DNA from: Bacteroidaceae bacterium | Lineage (GTDB): Bacteria > Bacteroidota > Bacteroidia > Bacteroidales > Bacteroidaceae | Length of the DNA stretch: 64,000 nt | NCBI GenBank assembly: GCA_024401095.1 | Contig: JAKSLR010000011.1 | Span: 13,684 to 77,683 of the forward strand | Direction of reading: 5' to 3' | Shown here: positions 44,785 through 56,619 of the stretch, in pieces | Layout: each line of letters opens with the position of its first letter | Position numbering within the stretch: the stretch's first letter is position 1 | Translations under genes and position numbers: made by a program | The notes under the pieces: model-generated | What the model saw: only the letters and a program-made list of their open reading frames with translations | Told to the model about the DNA's origin: nothing | The model's database searches: none

Positions 44785-46242
44785 ATGCCGCAGAAAAATA
44801 CCAACATACAGACTCAGGAACAACAGCAAGTTTTGCAGTTGACCCCCCAGCAGGTGCTACAAGTCCGCTTGTTGGAAATGCCTATTCAGGAATTGGAACA
44901 ACGCATAGAAAAAGAATTGCTGGATAATGAAGGTTTGGAAAAGGGGCCAGAAGAGAATCTGGAAGTTGGTGATTCTGAGCAGGATCTTGAAGCAGACACC
45001 CCCAATGACTATGAGGGAGACGGTGGCGTTTTGGAAGACAAGGAAGATGGAGATTATGGACCAACAGAGCCACGTATCCAAGACGGGAAAACCCATACCG
45101 CATTTGAGTCACTTCCATTCAGCAATGAAGACACATTTGGTGAAAACCTAAAGAATCAAATTGCAGAATTTGATGTGACAGAGCGCCAACGCGAGCTGTT
45201 AGAGTATCTCATTGGATATTTGGAAACCGATGGGTTCTGTCGAAAGGCACTCTGGCAGATTTCAGATGAATTAAGCATCTATTTCAATATTGAAACCTCA
45301 GAACAGGAATTGGAAGAATGCCTCCATATCTTGCAGCAATTCGACCCAGCAGGCATTGGTGCCCGAAACCTTCAAGAATGCTTACTATTGCAGGTTGAAC
45401 GCAAGGAAAACGATGCACTTCTGGAGCTCAAACGTCAAATTATCCAGAACTGTTTTGAGGAGTTCTGCCACAATAACTGGGATAAGATACCAGGAAAATT
45501 AAATGTTAGTAAGCTTGAGCTTGCCAAAGCTGTAGAAGAGCTAAGAAAACTGAACCCTAGGCCTGGTGTAAGTTTGGGAGAATCAGAAACTAAGAATCAT
45601 GATACGATCATTCCTGATTTCTATGTTTCTGTTGAAGATGATGGAACCATTCATGTACAGTTGAATAATGAGCATCTTCCTCAACTTCATATCAGCCAGT
45701 CTTTCTCCGATTCTTTGAACGAATATGTCAAGAACAAGAATAAGATGGAGAAAAACATGCGCGATCAAATGGCCTACATCAAAAGCCGCATTGATAGTGC
45801 TCAAGGATTCATTGCAGCCATCAAGAGTAGACAGACAACCATGTTGAACACCATGAAGAGCATCATCTTTTTCCAACAAGATTTCTTCTTAGATGGTGAT
45901 GACATGTCCATCAAACCACTGACCATGAAGATGGTAGCAGAACGTGCCAAGGTAGATATATCAACAGTTTCACGTGTTTGCAACAGCAAATATGTGGAAA
46001 CTCCTTACGGAATCTACCCCCTTAAATATTTCTTCGGCGACAATCTGGATGGTGTAGCCACAAGAATCATTCGAGCATATTTGAAGGAAGTCATAGAAAA
46101 CGAAGACAAGGGTAAACCGCTGACTGATGATCAGCTATCCGCTTTATTGAAAGAGAACAAGGGCTATGACGTGGCCCGTAGAACTATTGCTAAGTATCGT
46201 GCGCAACTGGGAATACCTGTGGCACGAATGAGAAAAAACTAA
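44785..46242 (+). CDS. rpoN: RNA polymerase sigma-54 factor (start trimmed to ATG 44785)
   Basis: C-terminal RpoN box ARRTIAKYR; Q-rich N-terminus; acidic region II. Confidence 0.9.
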   Translation: MPQKNTNIQTQEQQQVLQLTPQQVLQVRLLEMPIQELEQRIEKELLDNEGLEKGPEENLEVGDSEQDLEADTPNDYEGDGGVLEDKEDGDYGPTEPRIQDGKTHTAFESLPFSNEDTFGENLKNQIAEFDVTERQRELLEYLIGYLETDGFCRKALWQISDELSIYFNIETSEQELEECLHILQQFDPAGIGARNLQECLLLQVERKENDALLELKRQIIQNCFEEFCHNNWDKIPGKLNVSKLELAKAVEELRKLNPRPGVSLGESETKNHDTIIPDFYVSVEDDGTIHVQLNNEHLPQLHISQSFSDSLNEYVKNKNKMEKNMRDQMAYIKSRIDSAQGFIAAIKSRQTTMLNTMKSIIFFQQDFFLDGDDMSIKPLTMKMVAERAKVDISTVSRVCNSKYVETPYGIYPLKYFFGDNLDGVATRIIRAYLKEVIENEDKGKPLTDDQLSALLKENKGYDVARRTIAKYRAQLGIPVARMRKN

Positions 46243-46245
46243 AAG

Positions 46246-46869
46246 ATGAACGAGAAGACACTGATAGGCTTTGCCAAGACAATATCTTGGTTCTGCACTC
46301 CTTTCATTGTTCCGACTTTAGGAATTGCTCTCCTTTTCATGCTGAGCTACCTAAGATTGCTACCATGGTCTTACAGAATCTTGGTAGTCTTTGCCGTATT
46401 CTGTTTTACCTATCTCATGCCTAAGCTAACCATCTTCCTTTATCGGAAAATGAATGGTTGGAACCTACGAGAGTTCGGCTCACGAGAAAAACGCCTGGTC
46501 CCATATATATTAACCATCATATCCTATGGATTCTGCCTCACTTTGCTGGAGCGTTTCAATGTACCACGTTACATGAGTGGAATTGTCATTGCCTCTCTTC
46601 TGGCATTAGTCTTTAGTGCCCTCATCAATATTTGGTGGAAAATCAGTACCCACATGGTTTCCATCGGAGGATTGACTGGTGGACTAATCTGTTTTGGCGA
46701 ACTGTTTAATTTCAATCCTGTATGGTGGCTATGTCTGGTATTAATCCTGGCTGGCATTCTGGGAACTAGTCGTATTACGCTACGCATTCATACGTTAGGA
46801 CAAGTCTTGTGCGGATTTTTCCTTGGTGTTGTCTGCGCTATTGTCGGTATTTTATATTACATCATATGA
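46246..46869 (+). CDS. PAP2-like integral membrane protein
   Basis: Six hydrophobic segments. KISTHM and TSRITLRIHTLGQ resemble PAP2 motifs. Confidence 0.45.
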   Translation: MNEKTLIGFAKTISWFCTPFIVPTLGIALLFMLSYLRLLPWSYRILVVFAVFCFTYLMPKLTIFLYRKMNGWNLREFGSREKRLVPYILTIISYGFCLTLLERFNVPRYMSGIVIASLLALVFSALINIWWKISTHMVSIGGLTGGLICFGELFNFNPVWWLCLVLILAGILGTSRITLRIHTLGQVLCGFFLGVVCAIVGILYYII

Positions 46870-47375
46870 AACCACTTGTAAGTATTATTATGGGCAGCAC
46901 ATCAGATCTCCCAGTTATGGAGAAAGCTGCTAAGTTTTTCGATGAGATGGAAATTCCTTTTGAAATGAATGCCCTCTCTGCACATCGTACACCTGCCGAG
47001 GTTGAAAGTTTTGCAAAACAGGCAAAGGAGCGTGGTCTGCGGGTTATCATTGCAGCTGCTGGTATGGCCGCAGCATTGCCTGGTGTCATAGCGGCAAATA
47101 CTACACTTCCTGTTATTGGTGTTCCTGTCAAGGGTTCTGTATTAGATGGCGTTGATGCGCTCTATTCCATCATCCAGATGCCTCCTGGCATTCCTGTTGC
47201 TACTGTTGGAATCAATGCTGCGCAGAATGCAGCTATCTTGGCAACTCAAATGATTGCATTGAGCGATGCTACAGTAGCAGAACGTCTTGCAGCCTACAAG
47301 GAAGGATTGAAAGAAAAGATTGTAAAAGCTAATGCAGAACTACAGAAGGTAGAATTCAAATTTAAGTGTAATTAA
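46866..47375 (+). CDS. purE: 5-(carboxyamino)imidazole ribonucleotide mutase (start trimmed; ATGA overlap)
   Basis: VSIIMGSTSDLPVM; AAGMAAALPGV. Confidence 0.92.
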   Translation: MKPLVSIIMGSTSDLPVMEKAAKFFDEMEIPFEMNALSAHRTPAEVESFAKQAKERGLRVIIAAAGMAAALPGVIAANTTLPVIGVPVKGSVLDGVDALYSIIQMPPGIPVATVGINAAQNAAILATQMIALSDATVAERLAAYKEGLKEKIVKANAELQKVEFKFKCN

Positions 47376-49231
47376 TGGATTTATTCAATTATACACGCCG
47401 AAGCACACATGAGGTGAATGTCGGATGTACACCACTGGGTGGAGAAAACCCTATCCGCATTCAGTCCATGACAAATACTGCAACCAAGGATACTGAAGGT
47501 TGTGTAGCTCAGTCAAAACGCATCATTGAAGCTGGTGGTGAGTACGTTCGTCTTACCACTCAAGGTGTGGCAGAGGCAGAAAATCTGAAAAATATCAACA
47601 TGGCACTCCGGGCAGAAGGCATTCAGACACCACTGGTTGCTGATGTTCACTTCAACCCTAGAGTCGCAGATGTTGCAGCACTCTATGCAGAAAAAGTACG
47701 CATTAACCCTGGAAATTACGTTGATGCTGCCCGCACGTTCAAACATCTGGAATATACCGATGAAGAATATGCACAAGAACTGCAGAAGATTGCAAATCGC
47801 TTCATTCCTTTCCTGAACATTTGCAAGGAGAACCATACCGCCATTCGTATTGGTGTAAACCACGGTTCACTCTCAGATCGTATCATGAGCCGTTATGGAG
47901 ATACTCCGGAGGGTATGGTTGAGAGTTGTATGGAATTCCTTCGTATCTGTGTACAAGAAAACTTTAAGGATGTTGTTATCAGCATAAAGGCTAGCAATAC
48001 CGTGGTTATGGTTAGAACAGTACGTCTGCTTGCCCATGTCATGGAACAGGAAGGCATGGACTTTCCATTGCATCTTGGCGTAACCGAAGCTGGCGATGGA
48101 GAAGATGGAAGAATCAAAAGTGCTGTCGGTATCGGAGCGCTACTCTGCGACGGATTGGGTGACACCATCCGTGTATCCCTGAGTGAAGCTCCTGAAGCAG
48201 AGATTCCTGTTGCCAAAGCTCTCAGAGACTACATCCTGCAAAGACAAGGCCATACTTATATTCCGGGCTATGCTTCAGATGACTTTGACTATCTACACCC
48301 AAGCCGTAGAGAAACCGTTTGTGTGAAGAATATTGGTGGAGACCATGTACCAGTAGTCATCGGCAGTCATTTTCAGGGAGAATACCTTCTTGAAGAACAA
48401 TTCAAGCCAGATTATCTTTACTGTGGCAGCCAGCTCCCAGAACATCGTGTTCCGGGTGTACCTTATATTATTGATGCCACTGCATGGACTGGAGAAACTG
48501 GAACATATCCTGCCTTTTCTTCCTACCAGACAAAGGAGAATGAGCCAAGCATGCTGCCATTTATCAGTTTTTGCAATGCTCCTGTCAAATTCTTGTTTGT
48601 GACCTATGCTACCCTTACAGAAGAGGCTATAGCCTGTTTGAAATACCACCCTGAAGTGGTTGTTGTCAGCCAATCTAATCACCAGAATCGCCTGGGCGAA
48701 CACCGTGCTCTTGTGCACGAGATGATGCGTAATGGCCTCAAGAACCCTGTTGTCATCTTCCAACATTACAATGAATCCGAAAAAGAAGATTTCCAATTAA
48801 AAAGTGCAGCTGATATGGGTGCTTTACTAATGGATGGGTTAGTTGACGGTATCTATTTGCACAATAATGCAAAAATGGATTCCACACTAGTTGATGCCAC
48901 TGCTTTCAATATTTTGCAGGCTGCTAGAACCCGAACCTCGAAGACAGAATACATTTCATGTCCAGGATGCGGGCGAACACTCTACGATCTGGAAGATACC
49001 ATAAAACGTATCAAGGCTGCAACTAGCCATTTAAAAGGATTGAAGATTGGTATCATGGGATGCATTGTCAATGGTCCTGGCGAAATGGCCGATGCCGATT
49101 ATGGCTATGTAGGTGCTGCCCGAGGAAAGGTAAGCCTCTACAAGAAAAAAGAATGTATAGAAATGAATATCCCTGCTGAAGAAGCTGTAGAAAAGTTGCT
49201 TCAACTCATCAAGGACAATGGAGACATGTAA
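47375..49231 (+). CDS. ispG: 4-hydroxy-3-methylbut-2-en-1-yl diphosphate synthase (long form)
   Basis: IRIQSMTNT, GVNHGSL, C-terminal CPGCGRT and GCIVNGPGE Fe-S motifs. Confidence 0.92.
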   Translation: MDLFNYTRRSTHEVNVGCTPLGGENPIRIQSMTNTATKDTEGCVAQSKRIIEAGGEYVRLTTQGVAEAENLKNINMALRAEGIQTPLVADVHFNPRVADVAALYAEKVRINPGNYVDAARTFKHLEYTDEEYAQELQKIANRFIPFLNICKENHTAIRIGVNHGSLSDRIMSRYGDTPEGMVESCMEFLRICVQENFKDVVISIKASNTVVMVRTVRLLAHVMEQEGMDFPLHLGVTEAGDGEDGRIKSAVGIGALLCDGLGDTIRVSLSEAPEAEIPVAKALRDYILQRQGHTYIPGYASDDFDYLHPSRRETVCVKNIGGDHVPVVIGSHFQGEYLLEEQFKPDYLYCGSQLPEHRVPGVPYIIDATAWTGETGTYPAFSSYQTKENEPSMLPFISFCNAPVKFLFVTYATLTEEAIACLKYHPEVVVVSQSNHQNRLGEHRALVHEMMRNGLKNPVVIFQHYNESEKEDFQLKSAADMGALLMDGLVDGIYLHNNAKMDSTLVDATAFNILQAARTRTSKTEYISCPGCGRTLYDLEDTIKRIKAATSHLKGLKIGIMGCIVNGPGEMADADYGYVGAARGKVSLYKKKECIEMNIPAEEAVEKLLQLIKDNGDM

Positions 49232-49235
49232 TAGG

Positions 49236-49262
49236 AAAGGCTGCCAACAGGCAGCCTTTTTC
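49236..49262. terminator. Bidirectional rho-independent terminator
   Basis: AAAGGCTGCC-AACA-GGCAGCCTTT between convergent genes. Confidence 0.8.
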
Positions 49263-50488
49263 TATAATAATCTACGACTTAAATAGCGAACAGGATACCA
49301 AACAGACAGATAACCGACCACCACCACGGTTACCAGTACCAGAATTACATCCCAGAAATGTACACTTACTGGATAAGAATCTATCAAGAAACTTCCTTCT
49401 TCTGCTCCCAACTTTAGCCACCCAAACTGAATCTGTGACCAGCAGAGAACTAAACCAAGAATGACACCTATCACGGCACCACAAGTAGAAATCATGCGGC
49501 CTTCAAACAAGAAAATCTTACAGATCAAATTGTCATCGGCCCCCAGATTTCGAAGCGTCTGGACATCGGCTTTCTTATCAATAATAAGCATTGATAAGCT
49601 TCCTACAATATTAAAGCAAGCTACAACCAGAATGAATGTCAGGAAAAGGTAAGATAGCAGTTTCTCTATTTCCATAATGCGAAACACATCCGCTTGCTGT
49701 TCATATCGATCCAGCACCTTATATTGATTACCTAATTTCTTTTGCAAATCCCTCTTGACAGAACGCTCATTTACTCCGTCTTTGCAACGAATTTCTAAGG
49801 CCGTCATTTCACCAGGAGTTCCAAAAAGATTCTGCGCATATTTCAATGAAACAATTGCATAATTTGCATCATATTGATTCTGCTTGACCGCAAAGACCAC
49901 ACCCGAAGACAAGAACTCATCCTGATTAAAGCTGGCAGCAGGATTACCCATGTTGATACGTTCGCCCTTCTTTGGCGCAAACACCTGCATCGGATCTTCA
50001 AATCGAGCTCCTACACCTAGAGAATGTGCTAGCTGAATTCCTAAGATTCCATAGTTCATCAAGCCATCGCCCAATTCAAAACGACCGTCTCCGTATAACA
50101 GATTACCAATATCAGTCAAATCAATAAAGTTCTTTTCTACACCCTTTACTGTAGCAATCACCTGACGACTGCCGTATCTGAGCAAGGCCTGATCCTGCAA
50201 TGTCTCGGTAATGACATCAATACGCTTATCTTTCCTAATCTCCAACAGATTGGGGTCATCATGCTTCAAATGCTTACCTTGAGCAGGAACAATCTTTAGT
50301 TGTGGATCAAAGGCTGTAAACAGATTCGCTACCATATCTTGAAAACCGTTGAAGACAGAAAGGGTACAAATCAAGGCCATAGTTGCCAACGCCACCCCAC
50401 AAACTGAGATGCCGGAAATAATGTTAATAGTATGGTGCGACTTCTTTGAAAAGAGGTACCTGCGTGCTACAAAAAAAGGGAAGTTCAT
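49262..50488 (-). CDS. FtsX-like ABC transporter permease (LolC/E family)
   Basis: MNFPFFVARRYLFSKKSHHTINIISGISV N-terminus is typical of LolE-like permeases. Confidence 0.85.
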   Translation of the reverse strand: MNFPFFVARRYLFSKKSHHTINIISGISVCGVALATMALICTLSVFNGFQDMVANLFTAFDPQLKIVPAQGKHLKHDDPNLLEIRKDKRIDVITETLQDQALLRYGSRQVIATVKGVEKNFIDLTDIGNLLYGDGRFELGDGLMNYGILGIQLAHSLGVGARFEDPMQVFAPKKGERINMGNPAASFNQDEFLSSGVVFAVKQNQYDANYAIVSLKYAQNLFGTPGEMTALEIRCKDGVNERSVKRDLQKKLGNQYKVLDRYEQQADVFRIMEIEKLLSYLFLTFILVVACFNIVGSLSMLIIDKKADVQTLRNLGADDNLICKIFLFEGRMISTCGAVIGVILGLVLCWSQIQFGWLKLGAEEGSFLIDSYPVSVHFWDVILVLVTVVVVGYLSVWYPVRYLSRRLL

Positions 50489-50497
50489 GCGAAGAAC

Positions 50498-50833
50498 TTA
50501 CTGTTTCAACAAACGATCAATGTTCTCAATATAATCCAAAGAATCGTCAACAAAGAATTTGAGTTCTGGGATAATTCTCAACTGCTTGCCAACTTTTGTA
50601 CCCAACTCATAGCGAATCTGCTTCACGTTATCATTTACATTCTTGCAGATTTCCTCAGAACGTTCACTAGGGAAAATGCTCAGGTAAACACGAGCAATAC
50701 TCATATCTGGGCTAATACGAACCGCACTCACTGATACCAAGACACCTTGCATCTGACGGGTCTGAGCCTGAAAAATCATGCTTAGTTCTTTCTGAATGAG
50801 ACGAGAGATCTTATTTTGACGTGTTGTTTCCAT
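50498..50833 (-). CDS. rbfA: Ribosome-binding factor A
   Basis: 111 aa; RQNKISRLIQKELS...VRISPDMSIARVY. Confidence 0.9.
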   Translation of the reverse strand: METTRQNKISRLIQKELSMIFQAQTRQMQGVLVSVSAVRISPDMSIARVYLSIFPSERSEEICKNVNDNVKQIRYELGTKVGKQLRIIPELKFFVDDSLDYIENIDRLLKQ

Positions 50834-50851
50834 AATTATATACCTTTTTTA

Positions 50852-50859
50852 TTTTACGC
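50852..50859 (-). promoter_or_regulatory. TAnnTTTG box (TATCTTTG, minus strand)
   Basis: Lies 19 nt upstream of ATG 50833. Confidence 0.45.
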
Positions 50860-50892
50860 GGCAAAGATACTGTAATTTTTCCATTTTCTTTG

Positions 50893-50900
50893 TAATTTTG
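50893..50900 (+). promoter_or_regulatory. TAnnTTTG box (TAATTTTG)
   Basis: Lies 23 nt upstream of ATG 50923. Confidence 0.45.
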
Positions 50901-50922
50901 CACAAATCTAGATTTTTATCCT

Positions 50923-53370
50923 ATGAAGAAAATTGTATTATCAGCCCTGACACTGTTTTTTTGTGTGGGCTTAAAAGCTGAAAATATTGACATCAAGACT
51001 TTTCTCTATACAGGACCTTATGCCATTCAGAACCCTGTGATGCTGGATAGTGTAGATGTGAATTCTAAGAAATATAATGATGAACAGCGCTTGAACACTC
51101 CCGTTTCTTTCCAAGCTCTACGCTCTGGAAATACTGTCACAGATGGTGTCGTTCCCGGATGCAACAAAGACGCAATCCATCTACTGGGATTTACACTTCA
51201 AAATACTCAGTATGCCACAGGAACTCTAAAAATAGAAGGACTGAAACATTATAAGCTCTACAAGGATGGAAAAGAAACATCGGCCGGTTCCTTGAATTTG
51301 GAACCAGGAACTCATAGCTTCATCATCAAGTACCTTTCTAAAAAAGACGTAACCGAAACGCTTAAAGTAAGCGTAGAAAGTAAAAAGGACGGTGTTATTC
51401 AAGTAGCTTCACCTACAGAACGCCTTTACACGCTGGACGATGTACTTCACGCAACCCGCTATAGTGGAGCATCTGTTTCACCTAACGGTAAATATATGAT
51501 TGTGAACTACAGCAGTGTCCTTCCCGGAGGGAAAAGCACCTATCGGACACGCATCCTGGAAGTTGCAACCGGTAAGACCATGAGCGAAAGAGGAGAATAC
51601 ATCTCTTGGATGCCGAAAAGCAACCGTTATTATTTTACTCGTCAAACCCAAGCAGGAACCCAGTTAGTTACAGTTGACCCTGCTACAAACGGAGAGCATA
51701 TTCTTGCAGAAGCTCTGCCTTCTTCCCGTTTTATGTTCTCGCCTACCGAAGACTTTCTCATTGTAACACAAAGTCAGAGTGGACCTGCCGAACGAAAAGA
51801 AATCTACCAGATTCTTGAACCAGAAGACCGTCAGCCTGGTTGGAGAAACCGATCAAACATTGCAAAATACGATTTGGCAAGCGGTATCTTACAACCTCTT
51901 ACCTACGGCTTTCACAATGTTTATGCACAAGATATCTCTCAAGATGGTAAATACCTGTTGTTTAGTAAGTCTGAAAGTCGCCTGACCAAACGTCCAACAA
52001 GCGTCACCACACTTTATAAGATGAACCTGGAAACTTTGGAGACAGAAACATTAGTCAATCAAGATGGGTTCCTAAACAGCGCTCAATTCTCACCTGACGG
52101 AAAGCAAATACTCTTAAGCGGTTCACCAGAGACCTTAGGGGGTATCGGCAAGAATGTAAAAGAGGATCAGATCCCAAACATGTACGACTACCAGCTCTAC
52201 CTCATGGAGCTTAGCAATAAACAAGTTACTCCTTTGACTAAAGACTTTGATCCTGCGGTTTCTAGTTTCCAATGGAACCAACTGGACGGACAAGTCTACT
52301 TTACTGCAGAAAACAGAGATTATGTTTCCTTCTATCGCCTAAATCCTAAGACTGGCAAGATTCAGCAGATTCCTGTTGCTGAAGATATGGTCACCAATTT
52401 CAGTATGGCTGAAACTGCACCAATTGTAGTTTATTACGGTCAAGGAGCTTCAAACTCAGATCGTTTGTATAGCCTGAATACCAAGACACTCAAATCAACA
52501 CTTGAGGAAGATTTAAGCGCACAGACTTTAGCAGATGTAAAAATTGGTGAGTGCCAGCCATGGAACTTCACAAATTCACGTGGAGACACCATCTATGGAC
52601 GCTTCTATCTACCACCATCTTTCGATCCAAGCAAGAAATATCCGCTTATTGTCAACTACTATGGTGGATGTTCGCCAACTAGCCGTAACTTTGAAAGCCG
52701 CTATCCTCACCATGCCTATGCTGCTCTTGGTTATGTTGTTTATGTTGTTGAACCAAGTGGTGCCACCGGTTTCGGTCAGGAATTCTCTGCACGTCATGTA
52801 AATACAGCTGGTGAGGGACCAGCACAAGACATCATTGAAGGAACCTTGCAATTCTGTAAAGAGCATTCTTTTGTCAATGAGAAGAAGATTGGTTGTATTG
52901 GTGCCAGTTATGGAGGATTCATGACACAGTATTTACAAACCAAAACAGACATTTTTGCGGCAGCCATCAGTCATGCAGGAATCAGCGATCACACCAGCTA
53001 TTGGGGCGAAGGTTATTGGGGATATTCATACAGTGAAGTTTCCATGGCAGAAAGTTATCCATGGACACGCAAGGACCTTTACGTTGACCGAAGTCCATTA
53101 TTTAATGCCGATAAGATACATACTCCATTATTATTCCTACACGGAGATGCAGATACCAACGTGCCTGTAGGAGAAAGTATCCAAATGTTTACGGCCTTAA
53201 AACTTTTGGGACGAGAAACAGCCTTTGTAGCCGTGGAGAAACAGGATCACCATATTACCGAATACAATAAGAGAAAAATGTGGCAAAACACCATTTTCGC
53301 ATGGTTTGCAAAATGGCTTCAGGATGATTCCAGCTGGTGGGATTCCATCTACTCCCCAAAATCACTATAA
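50923..53370 (+). CDS. S9 family serine peptidase (prolyl oligopeptidase/DPP-like), secreted
   Basis: GASYGGFM nucleophile motif, C-terminal LHGDADTNVP...DH triad context, signal peptide. Confidence 0.88.
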   Translation: MKKIVLSALTLFFCVGLKAENIDIKTFLYTGPYAIQNPVMLDSVDVNSKKYNDEQRLNTPVSFQALRSGNTVTDGVVPGCNKDAIHLLGFTLQNTQYATGTLKIEGLKHYKLYKDGKETSAGSLNLEPGTHSFIIKYLSKKDVTETLKVSVESKKDGVIQVASPTERLYTLDDVLHATRYSGASVSPNGKYMIVNYSSVLPGGKSTYRTRILEVATGKTMSERGEYISWMPKSNRYYFTRQTQAGTQLVTVDPATNGEHILAEALPSSRFMFSPTEDFLIVTQSQSGPAERKEIYQILEPEDRQPGWRNRSNIAKYDLASGILQPLTYGFHNVYAQDISQDGKYLLFSKSESRLTKRPTSVTTLYKMNLETLETETLVNQDGFLNSAQFSPDGKQILLSGSPETLGGIGKNVKEDQIPNMYDYQLYLMELSNKQVTPLTKDFDPAVSSFQWNQLDGQVYFTAENRDYVSFYRLNPKTGKIQQIPVAEDMVTNFSMAETAPIVVYYGQGASNSDRLYSLNTKTLKSTLEEDLSAQTLADVKIGECQPWNFTNSRGDTIYGRFYLPPSFDPSKKYPLIVNYYGGCSPTSRNFESRYPHHAYAALGYVVYVVEPSGATGFGQEFSARHVNTAGEGPAQDIIEGTLQFCKEHSFVNEKKIGCIGASYGGFMTQYLQTKTDIFAAAISHAGISDHTSYWGEGYWGYSYSEVSMAESYPWTRKDLYVDRSPLFNADKIHTPLLFLHGDADTNVPVGESIQMFTALKLLGRETAFVAVEKQDHHITEYNKRKMWQNTIFAWFAKWLQDDSSWWDSIYSPKSL

Positions 53371-53384
53371 TAACCTAATAAATC

Positions 53385-53416
53385 AAGGGGCTAGTCATTC
53401 ACATGACCAGCCCCTT
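53385..53416 (+). terminator. Hairpin downstream of the S9 peptidase gene (weak T tract)
   Basis: AAGGGGCTAGTCAT-TCAC-ATGACCAGCCCCTT (14 bp, one mismatch). Confidence 0.45.
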
Positions 53417-53983
53417 TACTTATACTTTCTTAAGTGTATTCCTAATTTGATGTTTCCATCAAAAAACAATCTTTTAAACCTAACCAAAAACTATAACCTA
53501 TTTGATAATGTCCTCTCAAATCTCTCGCCTATTTACAAAATCGTCTTTTTCATTTGTTGTAGCGATTTCGACTCTCTTATACACTTAATCTAGCTTTTAT
53601 CGGTTTTCACAAACCTTATTTTCCCAAAAGCAATCTTTTATTAACCTTAAACTAATACCTTAAACAATCTTTATTAACCTAAACAAAAACCTATATGAAA
53701 AACCTTTTATCTTTCTTTTTCACACTGCAAAGATAAGGTGTTTTTTATATACTTTATAACTTTTTTGATAATTGTGTGCGAAAACAACGCATTTCTTGAC
53801 ATAAATCAATTCCCACAAAAAGAAAGTAGATTTTTTAATTGAATTGTATTTATCAAGACTGTTTACGATAACTGATTTCTTTTTGCAAGCAAAAGTAACA
53901 ATTTATGAAATTTTTATTATGCACAAACGTTATGCATGCTATCAGAGTGAACAAATGTCTCTGCTTTTGATAACGTATGGAAC

Positions 53984-54045
53984 AAAAAAGGGGAGAAATC
54001 CACCCCTTTCCTCTCCAGAATTCGGGTTTGGATTTCTCCCTTTTT
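53984..54045. terminator. Bidirectional terminator downstream of the esterase gene
   Basis: GGGAGAAATCCA (53991-54002) pairs with TGGATTTCTCCC (54029-54040), a perfect 12-bp stem flanked by an A-run and a T-run. Confidence 0.7.
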
Positions 54046-54070
54046 ATCAAAACGACCGATGTCGGCAAAT

Positions 54071-55282
<1,212 letters not shown>

Positions 55283-55292
55283 TTAATAAGGA

Positions 55293-56522
55293 TTACTTAA
55301 ACAATCTTGGAGCAAAAGTGCTCAGATATACACGCCAGTTTCTCCAGATATGACCACCCTCGGTCTCCATGTACTCAAATGGATAGTTGTGCTCAGTCAT
55401 ATAAGCACGCAAATCATCTACACCCTTCTTTACGAAGTCGGTCTTACCGCAGCAGATCATATAAAGAGCAGGAGCATTCTTTGCAGAGAACTGAATAGCC
55501 ATCTTCTTGTCGAAATCTGTGTAAACATCACTGGTAGCAGGAGCATTACCTAAGCCACCACCTACATTAGCACCAGAGAAAAGACCTACGTAGTTGAACA
55601 TGGTAGGATAATACTTAGAGATGTTCTCTGAATGGAAAGAACCCATAGAAAGACCAGCAATAGCGCGGTGCTTCTTGTCAGTATAAGTACGGAAATTCTT
55701 CTGGATGAAGTTGATTACATCTGGGAAGTGAAGCTCAAAAGCAGCTTCCTTTACGTTGGTAGTACCACCCATACCCATTGATGGCTGAGCAAAACCCTCA
55801 ACACTCTCACCAGGAGCAGCAGTCTGCCATGCATTGCCGTTGGTCATTACTACAATCATTGGCTCTGCCTTACCGCTGGCAATCAGGTTGTCCAGAATCT
55901 GAGTAGTACGGCCCTGAGTATACCAAGCCTCCTCATCACCACCTGCACCATGGAGCAGATAGAATACAGGATACTTCTTGCCACTGGTCTCATAGCCTGC
56001 AGGAGTATAAACAGTCAAACGGCGGTTCTTACCCAATTCTGGGCTATAGTACCACATCTTACGAACTGTTCCGTGAGGAACCTTGTTGATTGAATAAAGA
56101 TCACCCTTGTCACCGGCTGCATTCTTGATGATGAAATAGTTGGTAACAGTTGCCACGTCACGATTGATATAGACGTTAGCAGGGTCTGTTGTCTTCTGAC
56201 CATCCACAATGAAAGAATAAGTGTAATACTCGCTAGCCAAAGGTGCAGGAGTAGTAAATTCCCAAACACCGTCCTTTTCTACCAAGTCGGCAGAACCAGC
56301 AGTGGCCATCTTACCGAAATTAGGAATTTCAATTTCTGTTTCTGGCAGGAAATCACCAGTAATCTGAACACGGACAGCCTTGGCATCCTTGTAACGGAAA
56401 GTTACAGTGTTGTCGGCATTGACCTGTGGAGAAACAATCTGTGCTGCTCCAAACAAAGCCTGCTGTGCGAAAGTAGCTGTTGAGAACAGCACTGCGCAAG
56501 CTGTAAGTAAAATTTTTTTCAT
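55293..56522 (-). CDS. Secreted esterase, tandem paralog of 54071-55270
   Basis: Same architecture, with long colinear identical stretches ([40 protein letters not shown]). Confidence 0.8.
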   Translation of the reverse strand: MKKILLTACAVLFSTATFAQQALFGAAQIVSPQVNADNTVTFRYKDAKAVRVQITGDFLPETEIEIPNFGKMATAGSADLVEKDGVWEFTTPAPLASEYYTYSFIVDGQKTTDPANVYINRDVATVTNYFIIKNAAGDKGDLYSINKVPHGTVRKMWYYSPELGKNRRLTVYTPAGYETSGKKYPVFYLLHGAGGDEEAWYTQGRTTQILDNLIASGKAEPMIVVMTNGNAWQTAAPGESVEGFAQPSMGMGGTTNVKEAAFELHFPDVINFIQKNFRTYTDKKHRAIAGLSMGSFHSENISKYYPTMFNYVGLFSGANVGGGLGNAPATSDVYTDFDKKMAIQFSAKNAPALYMICCGKTDFVKKGVDDLRAYMTEHNYPFEYMETEGGHIWRNWRVYLSTFAPRLFK

Positions 56523-56556
56523 GATTATAATTATTTGGTTATAGTATTTACGCTTG

Positions 56557-56564
56557 CAAAATTA
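56557..56564 (-). promoter_or_regulatory. TAnnTTTG box (TAATTTTG, minus strand)
   Basis: Lies 35 nt upstream of ATG 56522. Confidence 0.45.
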
Positions 56565-56619
56565 ATTCAATTCCGTAGAAATGACTTTTCCCAATCCTTA
56601 GAATTGTTTTCCTATTTTT

